Source: an uncultured delta proteobacterium
Lineage (GTDB): Bacteria; Myxococcota; Myxococcia; Myxococcales; Anaeromyxobacteraceae
Assembly (NCBI GenBank): GCA_963828255.1
Contig: CAWHDZ010000030.1
Location: 32,001-96,000 of the forward strand
DNA length: 64,000 nt
Direction of reading: 5' to 3'
Each line of letters starts with the position of its first letter. The first letter of the stretch is position 1. Below, piece by piece: positions 12,661 through 26,368 of this stretch. The notes below the pieces were generated by a model. It searched no databases and was not told the DNA's origin. It saw nothing but the letters and a program-made list of their open reading frames with translations. A program made the position numbers and the translations under genes.

Positions 12661-13263
12661 ATGGGAGCCCGACTGCCACGCGCCTTCTTCGACCGGGACA
12701 CCCGGGTGGTGGCCCGGGAACTCCTCGGAAAGGTGCTCGTGCACCAGGACGGCCGGACGCGGCGGGCCGCCCGGATCGTGGAGACGGAGGCCTACCACGG
12801 CCCCTCCGACCGGGCCTCCCACGCCCGCTTCGGGCCGACGCCCCGAACCGGTGTGATGTTCGGGCCTCCCGGCCACGCCTACGTCTACCGGGTCTACGGA
12901 CTGCATCACTGCATGAACGCCGTCACCGGGCCGGAGGGATTCCCCGCCGCGGTCCTGATCCGCGCCGGAGAGCCGGTCACGGGCTGCCTCCACGCCACCC
13001 GGGGACCGGGGAACCTCTGCCGGGCCCTGCGCATCGACGCCGGGCGCCACACCGGGCTCGACCTCCAGGGAGGGACGGTCTGGTTCGAGGAAGGGGACCG
13101 GGCTCCCGGCCGGGTGCTGCGCACGCCCCGGATCGGGGTGGGCTACGCCGGGTCCTGGGCGTTCCGCCCCTGGCGCTTCCTGCTGGCGGAGGGCCCGGTG
13201 AATCCGCCACGAAAAATTCGCTTGCACCAGGGGCGCGAACGGACCATTACATCTCGCGAATGA
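12661..13263 (+). CDS. mpg: DNA-3-methyladenine glycosylase (MPG/AAG family)
   Basis: [38 protein letters not shown]. Confidence 0.9.
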   Translation: MGARLPRAFFDRDTRVVARELLGKVLVHQDGRTRRAARIVETEAYHGPSDRASHARFGPTPRTGVMFGPPGHAYVYRVYGLHHCMNAVTGPEGFPAAVLIRAGEPVTGCLHATRGPGNLCRALRIDAGRHTGLDLQGGTVWFEEGDRAPGRVLRTPRIGVGYAGSWAFRPWRFLLAEGPVNPPRKIRLHQGRERTITSRE

Positions 13264-13271
13264 CCATTCGC
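13256..13271. promoter_or_regulatory. Palindromic operator over the tetR start codon
   Basis: GCGAATG-AC-CATTCGC perfect dyad; degenerate copy at 13235-13250. Confidence 0.6.
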
Positions 13272-13832
13272 ACGTCGACGGACCGGCGCGCGCGCACCCG
13301 CGCGCACGCCCGCCGGGACATCCTCGAGTCCGCCGCCCGGGTCTTCGCCCGGCGCGGCTACGCCGCCGCCACGCTTTCCGAGCTGGCCCAGGCCGCCGGC
13401 TACGCGGCCCCCTCGCTCTACCGGTACTTCGGGAGCAAGGAGGAGATCTTCCAGAGCCTGCTCGAGCTGGTCCTGGCCGAGGTCCAGGAGGCATTCGAGG
13501 CGCCGGTGGATCGAGGCCTCCCCCTCCGGGAACGCTTCTCCGCCCTCCTCGTCTCGCTTGGCCGGCTGGCCGAGCGGAGAGGCGAGACGCTCGACCTGCT
13601 GTCCGCCCACGGCGACCCCCACGAGAGACAGGCCCACCTCGAGAAGCTCATCGCAACCTGGCTCCGGAAGCACGTGGGACGCTCCGAGCTTCGCGTCTCC
13701 CCCGCCGTGGCCGCGCGCGTCGCCGCCGGGATCCTCATCGCCCTCCACCACGGCCAGGACAGGACCGGGTCCGCACCCGACCTGAGCGTCCAGGCCGCCG
13801 CCGACCTCGTCCTTCACGGAGTCTCCGCATGA
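13260..13832 (+). CDS. TetR/AcrR family regulator
   Basis: N-terminal HTH '[14 protein letters not shown]...[12 protein letters not shown]'. Confidence 0.9.
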   Translation: MTIRTSTDRRARTRAHARRDILESAARVFARRGYAAATLSELAQAAGYAAPSLYRYFGSKEEIFQSLLELVLAEVQEAFEAPVDRGLPLRERFSALLVSLGRLAERRGETLDLLSAHGDPHERQAHLEKLIATWLRKHVGRSELRVSPAVAARVAAGILIALHHGQDRTGSAPDLSVQAAADLVLHGVSA

Positions 13833-14928
13833 TCCACCGCACCGTCTCGAAGCTCCCCGCAACCCTCGCGGCCCTCCTGCTCTCCGCCTGCGGGCAGGGC
13901 GCCGGGAAGGCCAGCCTGCCCGCCGCCGGCCCGGAGGGGCGTGCCGTACGGGTGGCGAAGCCGGCCACGCGCATGGAGACCGGGCTGGCCCGGGCCACCG
14001 GCATGGTGCGCGCCAAGGAGGAGGCGGTCCTCTCCGCCCGGGCCAGCGGCCAGATCAAGCGGGTCCTGGTGGCGGTGGGCGACCGGGTACGCGCCGGCGC
14101 GCCGCTCGTGGAGATGGACCCGGTGAACGCCCGCATCGCGCTCGAGAACGCGATGGCCGCGGAGCGGCTGGCCGTCGCCAACCTGGGCGTGGCCGACCGC
14201 GAGGTGGCCCGCTCCAAGATGCTCTTCGAGGCGCAGAGCCTCCCCGAGGCCGGCTACGACCGGGTCAAGACCGGCCGGGACGTGGCCGCCGCCCAGCTCG
14301 ACCAGGCCCGCGCCGCGCTGGCCGGCGCGAAGCAGATGGTCGCCGACACCGTCATCGCGGCCCCATTCGACGGGGTGGTGACCGCCAAGTTCCACAACGC
14401 CGGCGACACCGTGACCCTCATGCCGGTCACCCCCATCGTCAGCGTCACCGACGTGGACCACCTCGAGGTCCGCCTGGCCGCCCCGGAGTCCATCGAGAGC
14501 TTCGTGCGCGCCGGGCAGGTCATCGAGGGCGTGCTGACCCCCTCCGGCCAGCGCTTCCAGGCCAAGGTCCGGATGAAGGGCGCGGTGGTCGATCCGCAGT
14601 CGCGCACCATCGAGGTGCTGGCCGACGTGCTGAAGGACAAGGGAGCGGTGATCCGCCCGGGAAGCCTGGCCAACGTGGACTTCGGCGGCTTCGGCGAGAA
14701 GGACGGGCTCTACCTGCCCGCGAGCGCCGTGCGCACCGATGCGAAGGGCGCGACCGTGCTCGTCGCCAGCGGTGGAAAGGCCGAGGAGAAGGCCGTGCAG
14801 GTGTCGCCGCTCAACCCCGGGACGGTGCTCGTCACCGGCGGTCTCACCCCCGACGCGGTGGTCATCCTCGATCCGGGCGCGCTGCGCCCCGGCGACGCGG
14901 TCGTGCCCATCGCCGCCGAGGGGGCCAA

Positions 14929-14932
<4 letters not shown>
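13829..14932 (+). CDS. RND efflux periplasmic adaptor (MFP), lipoprotein
   Basis: Lipobox LSAC, 'VGDRVRAG' lipoyl half-motif, APFDGVV. Confidence 0.9.
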
Positions 14933-18012
<3,080 letters not shown>

Positions 18013-18021
18013 ACACGGGAC

Positions 18022-19032
18022 GTGGAGCACGTCGCCAACCAGGATTCGCGCGGCCTCGCCCGGCTGCTCGGCGTCGAGCTCGCCGACGCACGCCGGCTGC
18101 TCGGCGCGGCGGTGGCCCGTGGCAAGACGCTGCGCGACGCCCGCAACGTCCGGCGCGAGATCCTCGACCGCGCCGCCGCCACCCTCTCCGAGGAGCGGCT
18201 GCGGGTCGCCCACCGCGAGGACGCAGCCGACGGCTTCCGGCGCTACCTCTTCGAGCTCAAGGACGGCGCGCGCGTCGAGTCGGTGCGCATCCCGCTCTTC
18301 GACACCCACCACACCCTCTGCCTGTCGTCCCAGGTGGGCTGCGCGCTCGCCTGCTCCTTCTGCGCCACCGGGCGGCTCGGGCTCACCCGCAACCTCGAGC
18401 CCTGGGAGATGGTCGGCCAGTGGATGGAGGTCCGCCGGGACAGCCAGCTCCCCATCACCGGCGCGGTCTTCATGGGGCAGGGGGAGCCCTTCCACAACTA
18501 CGAGGCGGTGATCGCCGCGGCCTACGTGCTCTGCGACCCGGCCGGCGGGCGCGTGGACGGGCAGCGCATCTCCATCTCCACCGCCGGAGTCGTTCCCATG
18601 ATCCGGCGCTACACCGCCGAGGGGCACAAGTTCCGGCTCTGCGTGTCGCTCAACTCGGCCATTCCGGAGAAGCGGGCGGCCCTGATGCCGGTGGAGCGGG
18701 GCCAGCCGCTCGACGAGCTCGTGGACGCGGTGCGGGAGCACGCGGCGGCTCGGGGGCGGGTCACGCTCGAGTACGTGATGATGGCCGGCGTGAACGTGGG
18801 GGAGGAGGACGCGCTGGCGCTGGGCAAGCTGCTCTCCGGGATCCCGGTGCGGCTCAACCCCATCGCGGTGAACGACGACTCCGGTCGCTACCGGCCTCCG
18901 ACGGAGGTGGAGTGGAACGCCTTCCGCGACGCGCTGGCGCGCCACCTGCCCGGGCAGCCGATCGTGAGGCGTTACTCGGGCGGGGGTGACCGGAACGCGG
19001 CCTGCGGGATGCTGGCGGGGACGGTGCGGTAG
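18022..19032 (+). CDS. RlmN/Cfr-family radical SAM RNA methyltransferase
   Basis: [25 protein letters not shown]-terminal AACG. Confidence 0.85.
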   Translation: MEHVANQDSRGLARLLGVELADARRLLGAAVARGKTLRDARNVRREILDRAAATLSEERLRVAHREDAADGFRRYLFELKDGARVESVRIPLFDTHHTLCLSSQVGCALACSFCATGRLGLTRNLEPWEMVGQWMEVRRDSQLPITGAVFMGQGEPFHNYEAVIAAAYVLCDPAGGRVDGQRISISTAGVVPMIRRYTAEGHKFRLCVSLNSAIPEKRAALMPVERGQPLDELVDAVREHAAARGRVTLEYVMMAGVNVGEEDALALGKLLSGIPVRLNPIAVNDDSGRYRPPTEVEWNAFRDALARHLPGQPIVRRYSGGGDRNAACGMLAGTVR

Positions 19033-19270
19033 GGGGGGGTGGTGGTTCGGGAGGCGGTTCCCTGGGTGGCTCTTCCGGCGCCTTTTCAGGCGCCGGTGTA
19101 GAAAACACGTCCAGGTTCTGCAGGAGCTCGAGCCGCTCGAGGAGCTCCAGGTTCTCGATGAGCTCGGCGTCCGGATCGCGGGACGGCCCCTTCGCCCCCT
19201 TCTCGACCGCGGGCGCGGGAGGATCGGCGGCCAGGAGCGCCGCGGCGGCGATGGCGGCGAGCGCGATCAT
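18854..19270 (-). CDS. Small secreted protein with an acidic '[10 protein letters not shown]' motif (C-terminus uncertain)
   Basis: ATG overlaps the upstream stop; signal peptide; the Pro-rich tail crosses a G8 run and overlaps the convergent RlmN-like gene. Confidence 0.55.
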   Translation of the reverse strand: MIALAAIAAAALLAADPPAPAVEKGAKGPSRDPDAELIENLELLERLELLQNLDVFSTPAPEKAPEEPPREPPPEPPPPPTAPSPPASRRPRSGHPRPSNASRSAARAGGAPARRGRRSTPPPSEAGSDRSRRSPRWG

Positions 19271-20883
19271 GGCGTGGAGACGTTGATCCCCAGGATGAAC
19301 TTGCGGGCCAGCCCCTGGTCGGGGAAGAAGTCGCCCATCGCGAGCAGGTCCGCCTCGGCCAGCACCGAGAGCCAGCGCCACGGCGACCAGGAGAGGTTCA
19401 GGTCCACCTCCGGACCGTACGACGACCCGCCGAACCCGCTCGGCTGATCGGCCCAGAGCCATGCCGCCTTGAGGGTGGCGTCGAACCCGTGCCCCGGCGT
19501 CCAGCCCACCTGCACCCCGGGGGCGATCACGCCGCGCGCGTTCACGCCCGAGCCGCTGGCGCGCCGGTCGGCGAAGGACTCGGCGATGCCGCCCTGGAAG
19601 AAGAGGTTGGTGGCGGTGATGTAGGGCGAGATGGCGAGGAACCCACCCCAGTCGCCCGCTCCGGAGGCGATCTGCTGGCTGGACGGGGGGGAGTCCCCGG
19701 TCAGCCAGATGAAGAACGGACTCACGGTGAACCCGGATCCCGGCTGTACGGTGAGGCGCGTCGTGAGGATCCAGCCGAGGGCCGGGACCTCCACCGCCGC
19801 GGCGGTTCCCCCGGACGCCGAGGTGGCGCCCACCGTGCCGAAGGCCGCACCCGCGGTGAAGCGCAACTCGATCCGGGAGGTGAGCTCGAGACGCCCGGAG
19901 ACGCCCGCCCAGCCCAGGCTGGTGGCGCCGCTCCCCGGGGTGTTGAGCAGGATCGCCAGGCGCCGCGAGGCCGCCCGGTACGCGACCGAGCCGGGGACGG
20001 TCGCCCCGAGCTCCACCACCTGCCCCTCCACCAGCCCCTGCTGGAGGACCGATGCCGCGTCGCCGCTCTGGTCGCTGGACCAGGCGCCCCAGACCCCGAT
20101 CCACTCGCCGAGCGAAGGGGTCCACTCCGCGGTCATCGCCACCGCCGGGTACTTCCACTCCGAGCCGGTGGGCCAGGAGCGGGACGGGTAGAAGACCGAC
20201 GCCGAGAAGGCGAGCGGCGGCCCGAAGGCCCCCACGTCCAGGTCGAGATCGAGCCCCAGCCCCCAGTCGTCGTAGACGAAGCCGTCGCCGATGCGCAGCC
20301 GCTGCCGCCCCAGCCTCGCGTGGAAGGCCCCGGCCGGCCCGGCGTCCACCTCGGCGTAGATCTGGCGGATGAAGGCCGTCTGGCTGGCCTCCTCCTGGAA
20401 GGTGGTGCCGTTCGAGGTGATCTCGCTCGGCCCGCTCGTGGTGGTGGCGAGCAGGTACCGGCCCGAACCGCTGCAGGCGCCGCCGCTCACCGGCGCGAGC
20501 CCGGAGGGGGAGGTGAGCGAGGCGCAGGTCTCGACCGCGTCCGGGAAGCTCTGCGACCGCAAGAGCCCCGAGTCCACGTCGAGACGGAAGCCGAGCCAGG
20601 AGGTCGCCTCCCAGCCCGCCGAGACGAAGACCAGCGCCGAGGCGTAGCCCTGCGACGGCCCGGGGGTGAGGTAGAGCTCCGACGCGAAGACCTGGCCGGC
20701 CTGGTCGAAGAGGAGCTGCGTCGAGGGGAGTGCGCCCTGGCCGGTGTAGCGAGCGGCCAGCCCGGCCCGCGCCCAGAGCGGCGCGTCGTCCGCCAAGAGC
20801 TCGAGCGCGAGGACGTCGGCCGAGGTTGACCCGTCCCCGGCCGATGCGAGGAGGACGGCCAGGATGGCGGTGAGGGGCGACAC
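19267..20883 (-). CDS. Putative outer-membrane beta-barrel protein
   Basis: Signal peptide; alternating aromatic beta-strands; 'RLGRQRL..GDG' and 'YGPEVDL' resemble alginate-export-type barrels. Confidence 0.6.
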   Translation of the reverse strand: MSPLTAILAVLLASAGDGSTSADVLALELLADDAPLWARAGLAARYTGQGALPSTQLLFDQAGQVFASELYLTPGPSQGYASALVFVSAGWEATSWLGFRLDVDSGLLRSQSFPDAVETCASLTSPSGLAPVSGGACSGSGRYLLATTTSGPSEITSNGTTFQEEASQTAFIRQIYAEVDAGPAGAFHARLGRQRLRIGDGFVYDDWGLGLDLDLDVGAFGPPLAFSASVFYPSRSWPTGSEWKYPAVAMTAEWTPSLGEWIGVWGAWSSDQSGDAASVLQQGLVEGQVVELGATVPGSVAYRAASRRLAILLNTPGSGATSLGWAGVSGRLELTSRIELRFTAGAAFGTVGATSASGGTAAAVEVPALGWILTTRLTVQPGSGFTVSPFFIWLTGDSPPSSQQIASGAGDWGGFLAISPYITATNLFFQGGIAESFADRRASGSGVNARGVIAPGVQVGWTPGHGFDATLKAAWLWADQPSGFGGSSYGPEVDLNLSWSPWRWLSVLAEADLLAMGDFFPDQGLARKFILGINVSTP

Positions 20884-20892
20884 CTGCGGATG

Positions 20893-21423
20893 CTACGGCT
20901 TCTTCCCCTTCTGCCGCCACATGTCCCGCGCCTGGTCCCGCTGGCCCGGCGTCATCTGGCGCCAGCGCTGCAGATTGTCGAGGTAGCGCTGCCGGACCTC
21001 CGGAGGCGCGTCCACCATCTTCCGGAAGAGCTGGCGGACCTGCCCCTGCCGCTCCGGGGTCATCTCGCGGTACCGGCCGAGGAGATGCAGCATCTCCCGC
21101 CGCTCGTCGGGCGCGAGCTGGCGGAAGCGGTTCCAGGTCTGGGCGATCTCGGCCCGCTGGTCGGGAGGGAGGGAGCGCCAGCGGTCGAGGCGGGACTTCA
21201 GCTCGGCCTGCCGCTCGGGCGTCATCTCCTGGAAGGTCTGCCAGCGCTTGCGGAGCACGTCCTTCTCGGACGGGGAGAGCTTCTCCCAGCGCTCGCGGGC
21301 CGCCGGGGAGGGCGCACCGGCGACGGCCGGAGCTGCGCCCGGCGCGGCGCGAGGGGTCTCCTGCGCGGGTGCTGCGCCGGCAGCGAAGACCAGGACCAGG
21401 GCGAGGACGGTGCGGGCGATCAC
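20893..21423 (-). CDS. DUF3106-like periplasmic helical repeat protein
   Basis: Signal peptide then W/F-x-x-(L/M)-(S/T/P)-P-E-x-R repeats. Confidence 0.75.
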   Translation of the reverse strand: MIARTVLALVLVFAAGAAPAQETPRAAPGAAPAVAGAPSPAARERWEKLSPSEKDVLRKRWQTFQEMTPERQAELKSRLDRWRSLPPDQRAEIAQTWNRFRQLAPDERREMLHLLGRYREMTPERQGQVRQLFRKMVDAPPEVRQRYLDNLQRWRQMTPGQRDQARDMWRQKGKKP

Positions 21424-21905
21424 GGGCGGCCCTCCCGGATCTCGTCGAGGTGGATGACGACGTCGAGGTCCTCGGGCGTCTCGACCAGGTCGAGGCTCGC
21501 AACCTCCACGTAGTTCTCCAGCAGGTCGAGGTGGCGCGCCATCTCGAGCTCGGTTTGCTGCCGGTCCTGCCGCACCCAGATTCCCACGGTCAGCGCGGCG
21601 GCCAGGCCCGTGGCCGGGACGAGCCAGCGCAGTGGACGGGCCCCGAGCCGCTCGAGGAGGGAGCGGCGGCGCGGCGTCTCGCGGGCCAGCCGGGCGTAGA
21701 AGCGCTGCTCGAACCCGGGGAGCGGCGGGGCCGGCGGCGGAAGGGCGCCGATCGTCGCGAGCGCGGCGGCGAGGGTATCCCGGCCGGCGCGGCACCCCGC
21801 GCATCCGGCCAGATGGGCCTCCACCTCGGCGCGGCGGGCCGGTTCGAGGGCGCCGTCGAGGAGCGCGGTCAGGTCCTCCTCGACGTGGATCACGCGGCGG
21901 TTCAC
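21420..21905 (-). CDS. Zinc-finger (zf-HC2) anti-sigma factor
   Basis: HLAGCAGC (HxxxCxxC), one TM helix, acidic C-terminal tail. Confidence 0.85.
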   Translation of the reverse strand: MNRRVIHVEEDLTALLDGALEPARRAEVEAHLAGCAGCRAGRDTLAAALATIGALPPPAPPLPGFEQRFYARLARETPRRRSLLERLGARPLRWLVPATGLAAALTVGIWVRQDRQQTELEMARHLDLLENYVEVASLDLVETPEDLDVVIHLDEIREGRP

Positions 21906-22492
21906 GCCTCGGCTCCTTCCCCGGCCCAGGACTCGAGCGCCCGCGCCGCCGAGACGGTGGCCCGGTGCACGAGCGACTTCACCGATGGTACCGTGGTTCC
22001 CAGCACGAGCGCGATCTCCTCGTAGGGGAGGCCCTCGAACCGGGCCAGCACGAATGCGGCCCGCTGGCTCTCCGGCAGGCGGGCCAGCATGGCCTCCACG
22101 TCGCGGGAGAGGGCGTTGCCGCGGGCCTCCTCCTCGGGCGTGGCCGACGGTCCGGCGAGCGCGTCCGGGTCGAGCGGGGAGCCGTCCTCGCTGTCCGGGT
22201 CGATCTCCGGGCGAGCCCGGTACTCGCCGCGGCGCACCTCGTTCAGGCAGTGGTTCGTGGCGATCCGGTAGAGGAAGGTGGTGAAGCGGGCGCTGGGCTG
22301 GTAGCGGTCGGCCCCGGTGTGGAGCTTCAGGAACACGTCCTGGGCGAGCTCCTCGGCCCTGGCGTGGTCCTTCACGAATCTCTGGCAGAAGGCCATGGTC
22401 GCGCGTCCGTGCTTCTCGAAGAGTGTCCGGAACGCCGCCTCGTCACCACCCTGGAACGCGACCATCAACGCCGCGTCGGGATCCGGAGCCAT
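21902..22492 (-). CDS. ECF RNA polymerase sigma factor
   Basis: AEELAQDVF, FLYRIATN, YEEIA...VKS..HRA. Confidence 0.92.
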   Translation of the reverse strand: MAPDPDAALMVAFQGGDEAAFRTLFEKHGRATMAFCQRFVKDHARAEELAQDVFLKLHTGADRYQPSARFTTFLYRIATNHCLNEVRRGEYRARPEIDPDSEDGSPLDPDALAGPSATPEEEARGNALSRDVEAMLARLPESQRAAFVLARFEGLPYEEIALVLGTTVPSVKSLVHRATVSAARALESWAGEGAEA

Positions 22493-22502
22493 CCCTACCC
22501 TC

Positions 22503-22528
22503 CAACACGGGAAGAAGCGTTCGGTTGC
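22503..22528 (-). promoter_or_regulatory. Putative ECF (auto)promoter
   Basis: Minus strand GCAAC-N17-GTT just upstream of the sigma gene. Confidence 0.45.
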
Positions 22529-22535
22529 GATCCGG

Positions 22536-23573
22536 TCACGAACCCAGGTGGAGGACGCCCCGGACGAGGCCGTAGATGAGGGCCGCAGCCAGCGCCGAGG
22601 CCGGAATCGTGAAGATCCACGCCCAGATGATGCGTCCGGCCAGGCCCCAGCGCACGGCCCGATAGCCCTTGGTGGCCCCCACCCCGACGATGGCGCCGGT
22701 GATGGTGTGGGTGGTCGACACGGGGATACCGAGGTGGGAGAGGAAGAGGATGGTGACCCCGCCGCCCGTCTCGGCGGCGAACCCCCCGATGGGCTGCAGC
22801 TTGGTCAGCCCGTAGCCCATGGTCTTCACGATCCGCCACCCTCCGAAGAAGGTCCCGAGCGCGATGGCCGAGTGGGTGAGGAGCACGATCCACCAGGTCA
22901 CGTGGAAGGGGCGGTCGGTCCAGATGGTCCCGTAGAGGATCACGCCGATGATGCCCATCACCTTCTGCGCGTCGTTCGAGCCGTGGCTGTAGCTGAAGAT
23001 GGCCGAGGAGACGAGCTGCAGCTTCCGGAACCAGCCGTCGACGCGTCCGGGGCGGTAGGTCCGCACGATCCAGGCCGTCACGATCATGAGGCTCGAGCCG
23101 AGCGCCATGCCGATGAGCGGCGAGAGGACGATGAAGGCGGAGATCTTGAGGATCCCCGAGACCACCAGCCCCTTCACCCCGAGTGCGGGAATGGTCGCGC
23201 CCACCATTCCGCCGGCCAGCGCGTGGGACGACGAGGAGGGAAGCCCCCACCACCAGGTGAGCAGGTTCCAGACGATGGCGCCCATGAGCGCGGCGAAGAT
23301 CACCGCGAGCACGGTCTCCACGCCCTGCGCCTTCAGCAGGTCGAACTGGATGATGCCCTTGCCCACCGTCTGGGCCACGCGCAGCTCCCCGCCGAAGAAG
23401 ACCGGGGCGGCGGCCACGAAGTTGAAGAAGGCGGCCCAGGCCACCGCCGTCACCGGCGAGAGCACCCGGGTCGAGACGATGGTGGCGATCGAGTTGGCCG
23501 CGTCGTGGAAGCCGTTGATGAAATCGAAGGCCAGCGCGACGAAGATGAGGCCGATGACGACGGCGAGGAGCAT
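22536..23573 (-). CDS. Inorganic phosphate transporter, PiT family
   Basis: NGFHDAANSIAT, PSSSSHA, HGSNDAQK, PVSTTH. Confidence 0.93.
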   Translation of the reverse strand: MLLAVVIGLIFVALAFDFINGFHDAANSIATIVSTRVLSPVTAVAWAAFFNFVAAAPVFFGGELRVAQTVGKGIIQFDLLKAQGVETVLAVIFAALMGAIVWNLLTWWWGLPSSSSHALAGGMVGATIPALGVKGLVVSGILKISAFIVLSPLIGMALGSSLMIVTAWIVRTYRPGRVDGWFRKLQLVSSAIFSYSHGSNDAQKVMGIIGVILYGTIWTDRPFHVTWWIVLLTHSAIALGTFFGGWRIVKTMGYGLTKLQPIGGFAAETGGGVTILFLSHLGIPVSTTHTITGAIVGVGATKGYRAVRWGLAGRIIWAWIFTIPASALAAALIYGLVRGVLHLGS

Positions 23574-23597
23574 GGGCGGATCGCGGGACGGGCCGCG

Positions 23598-24230
23598 TCA
23601 GGTGTTCTCGAGGACGACGTTCTCGATCACGTTGGCGACGTCCTCGGCCCGGTCGGTGGCGGTCTCGATCAGGTCGAGGATCTCCTTCCACTTGATGATG
23701 GTGAGCGCGTCGGCCCCGCTGCGGAAGAGATCGGCGAGGGCGCGGCGGAGGAGCGAGTCGGCCTGGTTCTCGAGCGAGTTGATCTCCAGGCAGGCGTCGA
23801 GGATCCGCTGCGCGTCCTTGATGTTCCGGAGTCCGTGCACCGCTTCCTGCATCTTCCGGGTCTGGGCGAGGAGCACGGTCGCGAGCTCGCGGGCCTCCGG
23901 GAGGAGGGTCTGGATGTCGTAGAGCCCCACCCGCTCGGAGGCCGCGTCGGTGAGGTCGAGGACGTCGTCGATGGCGGAGAGGAGTCGGTGGATCACCGCC
24001 CGATCGAAGGGGGTGATGAACTGTGTGTAGAGGAGCGCGAAGGCGGCGTGGGTCACGTCGTCGGCCTTGTGCTCGACGTCCTTGATCCCCTTCACCTTTC
24101 GCGGGACGTCCGTGAAGTCCTCGAACAGTTCCTTCAGGAGGCGCGCTCCCTCGACGGTGAGCGCGGCCTGCTTCTCGAAGGCGTCGAAGAAGGCGTCGGT
24201 CTTCGGCATCAGCTTCGTGAGGATCGACAC
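23598..24230 (-). CDS. DUF47 / PhoU-like phosphate transport regulator
   Basis: EHKAD, FITPFDR, ENQAD, EDVA; next to PiT. Confidence 0.88.
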   Translation of the reverse strand: MSILTKLMPKTDAFFDAFEKQAALTVEGARLLKELFEDFTDVPRKVKGIKDVEHKADDVTHAAFALLYTQFITPFDRAVIHRLLSAIDDVLDLTDAASERVGLYDIQTLLPEARELATVLLAQTRKMQEAVHGLRNIKDAQRILDACLEINSLENQADSLLRRALADLFRSGADALTIIKWKEILDLIETATDRAEDVANVIENVVLENT

Positions 24231-24353
24231 GCGCGTCTCCCGGTGGGGTGAAAGCGCGCGGACAATACCTTCGAACGTGGGAGGTTCCAACGACTCCGGC
24301 GGCCGAGCGAAAAAGACGAGACATGACGGGGGGTTCCAGCTAAGGGTGCTTTC

Positions 24354-25562
24354 GTGACCCAGAAACTCCACCTCTCCGACACATATTTGACCGATTTCGA
24401 GGCCACGATCACCGCCACGCGTGTGCGCGACGGCCGGGCCGCGGTCGTCCTCGACCGCACCGCCTTCCATCCCGAGGGCGGGGGACAGCCGGCCGATCAC
24501 GGTGCCGTCGGCGGCGCCCCCGTCGTCGACGTGGTCGAGGTCGACGGGGAGATCCTCCACGTCCTCGGGTCCGGCGACGGGCCTTCGGCTGGCTCCCGGG
24601 TTGCCTGCACGGTGGACTGGGCGCGACGCTTCGACCACATGCAGCAGCACCACGGCCAGCACCTGCTCTCGGCGGCGTTCCAGCGGCTGCGCGGGGCGGC
24701 CACGACCTCCTTCCACCTCGGGGTGGAGACCTGCACCATCGACCTCGACCAGCCGCCGGCCCGGCTCCCGCAGGAGGCGCTCTCCGCGGCGGAGGCCGAG
24801 GCAAACCGGCTCGTGTGGGCCGACCTACCGGTCGACGCGCGGGAGCGCACGCCGGAGGAGCTGACCGCGCTGCCGCTCCGGAAGGACGCGACCAAGGGGG
24901 CGCGCGTGGTGGTGGTCGGCAGCGCCGGCGACCTGGTGGACGCATCGCCCTGCGGAGGGACCCACCCGCGAAGGACCGGGGAGGTGGGCGCCGTCGCCGT
25001 GCTCCGGGCCCAGAAGTGGGGTGCGGGCACGCGGGTCGAGTTCGCATGCGGCGGCAGGGTGCTCGCACTCCTGCACCAGGCCGAGGAGCGGCTCTCCCAG
25101 GCCAGCGCGGTGCTGCGCTGCGCTCCTCCGGAACTGGCCGTCGCGGTCGGGAAGCTCTCCGAGGAGGGGCAGGCGCGGCGCAAGGAGCTCGGGGTGCTGC
25201 TCGAGACGCTCGCCGGGGTGGAGGCGGAGCGGCTCGCGGGGATCCACCCGGCCGGCGTGCCGGTGTCGGCCAGGCTTTCCGGTCCGATGGGGTCGCCGGC
25301 GGGGCTAAAGGCGGTCGCCCAGGCCCTCGCCGCGCGCGGCCGAATCGCGCTCGTCGGCGCCGTCGACGGGGAGCGGGCCCACCTGTGCTTCGCCCGGGCG
25401 CGCGGTCCGGGAGTGAACCTCGGAGAGCTCCTCCGGCAGTCGGTGGCGCTGCTCGGCGGCAAGGGGGGCGGCGCGCCCGAGCTCGCCCAGGGCAGCGGGC
25501 CGGACCCGGTCCGTCTCGACGAGGCGCTCGCCGTGGCCGCGTCGCGCGCCGGGGTAGAGTAG
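24354..25562 (+). CDS. AlaX-type alanyl-tRNA editing protein with DHHA1 domain
   Basis: GGGQPAD, HMQQHHGQH, CGGTH, GKGGG. Confidence 0.88.
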   Translation: MTQKLHLSDTYLTDFEATITATRVRDGRAAVVLDRTAFHPEGGGQPADHGAVGGAPVVDVVEVDGEILHVLGSGDGPSAGSRVACTVDWARRFDHMQQHHGQHLLSAAFQRLRGAATTSFHLGVETCTIDLDQPPARLPQEALSAAEAEANRLVWADLPVDARERTPEELTALPLRKDATKGARVVVVGSAGDLVDASPCGGTHPRRTGEVGAVAVLRAQKWGAGTRVEFACGGRVLALLHQAEERLSQASAVLRCAPPELAVAVGKLSEEGQARRKELGVLLETLAGVEAERLAGIHPAGVPVSARLSGPMGSPAGLKAVAQALAARGRIALVGAVDGERAHLCFARARGPGVNLGELLRQSVALLGGKGGGAPELAQGSGPDPVRLDEALAVAASRAGVE

Positions 25563-25567
25563 CGGCG

Positions 25568-26083
25568 ATGGCCATCGACCTCGGCGATCCCCTCCGCTGG
25601 CGCGAATCGCTCCCGGCCCGCCAGCCGGTCTCGAGCGAGGTCGCGGCCGGAGCCGTGGCCGGCGTCGTCGGCGGACTGGTGGCCTGGGGCGTCGCCATGA
25701 TGCTCCTGCCGGAGGGCGAGGGGGGGCTCCTCCCGCTCCGGCTCGTCGCCGCGACCCTCTTCGGCCCATTCGCGGTCGCGCCGGAGAACGTCGGGCTGCC
25801 GGCCTTCGTGGGCGCGCTCCTGGTCGGGTTCGCTGCCATCGCCTACGGGCTGATCTTCGTCTCCATCCTGCGGCCGGCCGCCACGCTGCGCCGTTCCATC
25901 GGCGTCGGCGCGGTTTACGGATTCGTCCTCTACGCCCCGGCCTGGCTGGGGATCGTGCACGTCTTCGACCCGCTCCTCTACCAGGCGGGCCAGGGGCGTG
26001 GGGTGGTGATCCTGGCCCTCCACGGCCTCTACGGCGCGACCATGGGATTCCTCGTCCCCTTCCTCCGCAAGGTCCTGCCCTAG
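25568..26083 (+). CDS. Hypothetical membrane protein
   Basis: Four hydrophobic segments, 'HGLYG' near the C-terminus. Confidence 0.65.
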   Translation: MAIDLGDPLRWRESLPARQPVSSEVAAGAVAGVVGGLVAWGVAMMLLPEGEGGLLPLRLVAATLFGPFAVAPENVGLPAFVGALLVGFAAIAYGLIFVSILRPAATLRRSIGVGAVYGFVLYAPAWLGIVHVFDPLLYQAGQGRGVVILALHGLYGATMGFLVPFLRKVLP

Positions 26084-26361
26084 GAAGACGGCGGGCCAGG
26101 TTCACGCAAGGTGACGAGCGTGGCGCCCCAGCCGCCGCCGTCCTCCCCGGCCGTGCGAAAGGAGACGACCAGGGGGTGGCGCTCGAGCGTCGCCTGGACG
26201 GTGCGGCGGAGCGCGCCGATCCCCTTGCCGTGGACCACGCGGACCTCGCGCAGGCCCGCCTCGGCGCAGGCCTCGAGCCAGTCGGACACCACGTCGGCGG
26301 CGTCCGCGGGGCGGAACGTGTGCAGGTCGAGGGTCCCGTCGATGGGGAGGCGGTGCTCCAC
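26080..26361 (-). CDS. Smr/MutS2 domain protein
   Basis: LDLH, VVHGKG, GGWGAT. Confidence 0.88.
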   Translation of the reverse strand: MEHRLPIDGTLDLHTFRPADAADVVSDWLEACAEAGLREVRVVHGKGIGALRRTVQATLERHPLVVSFRTAGEDGGGWGATLVTLREPGPPSS

Positions 26362-26368
26362 GCGGGAC

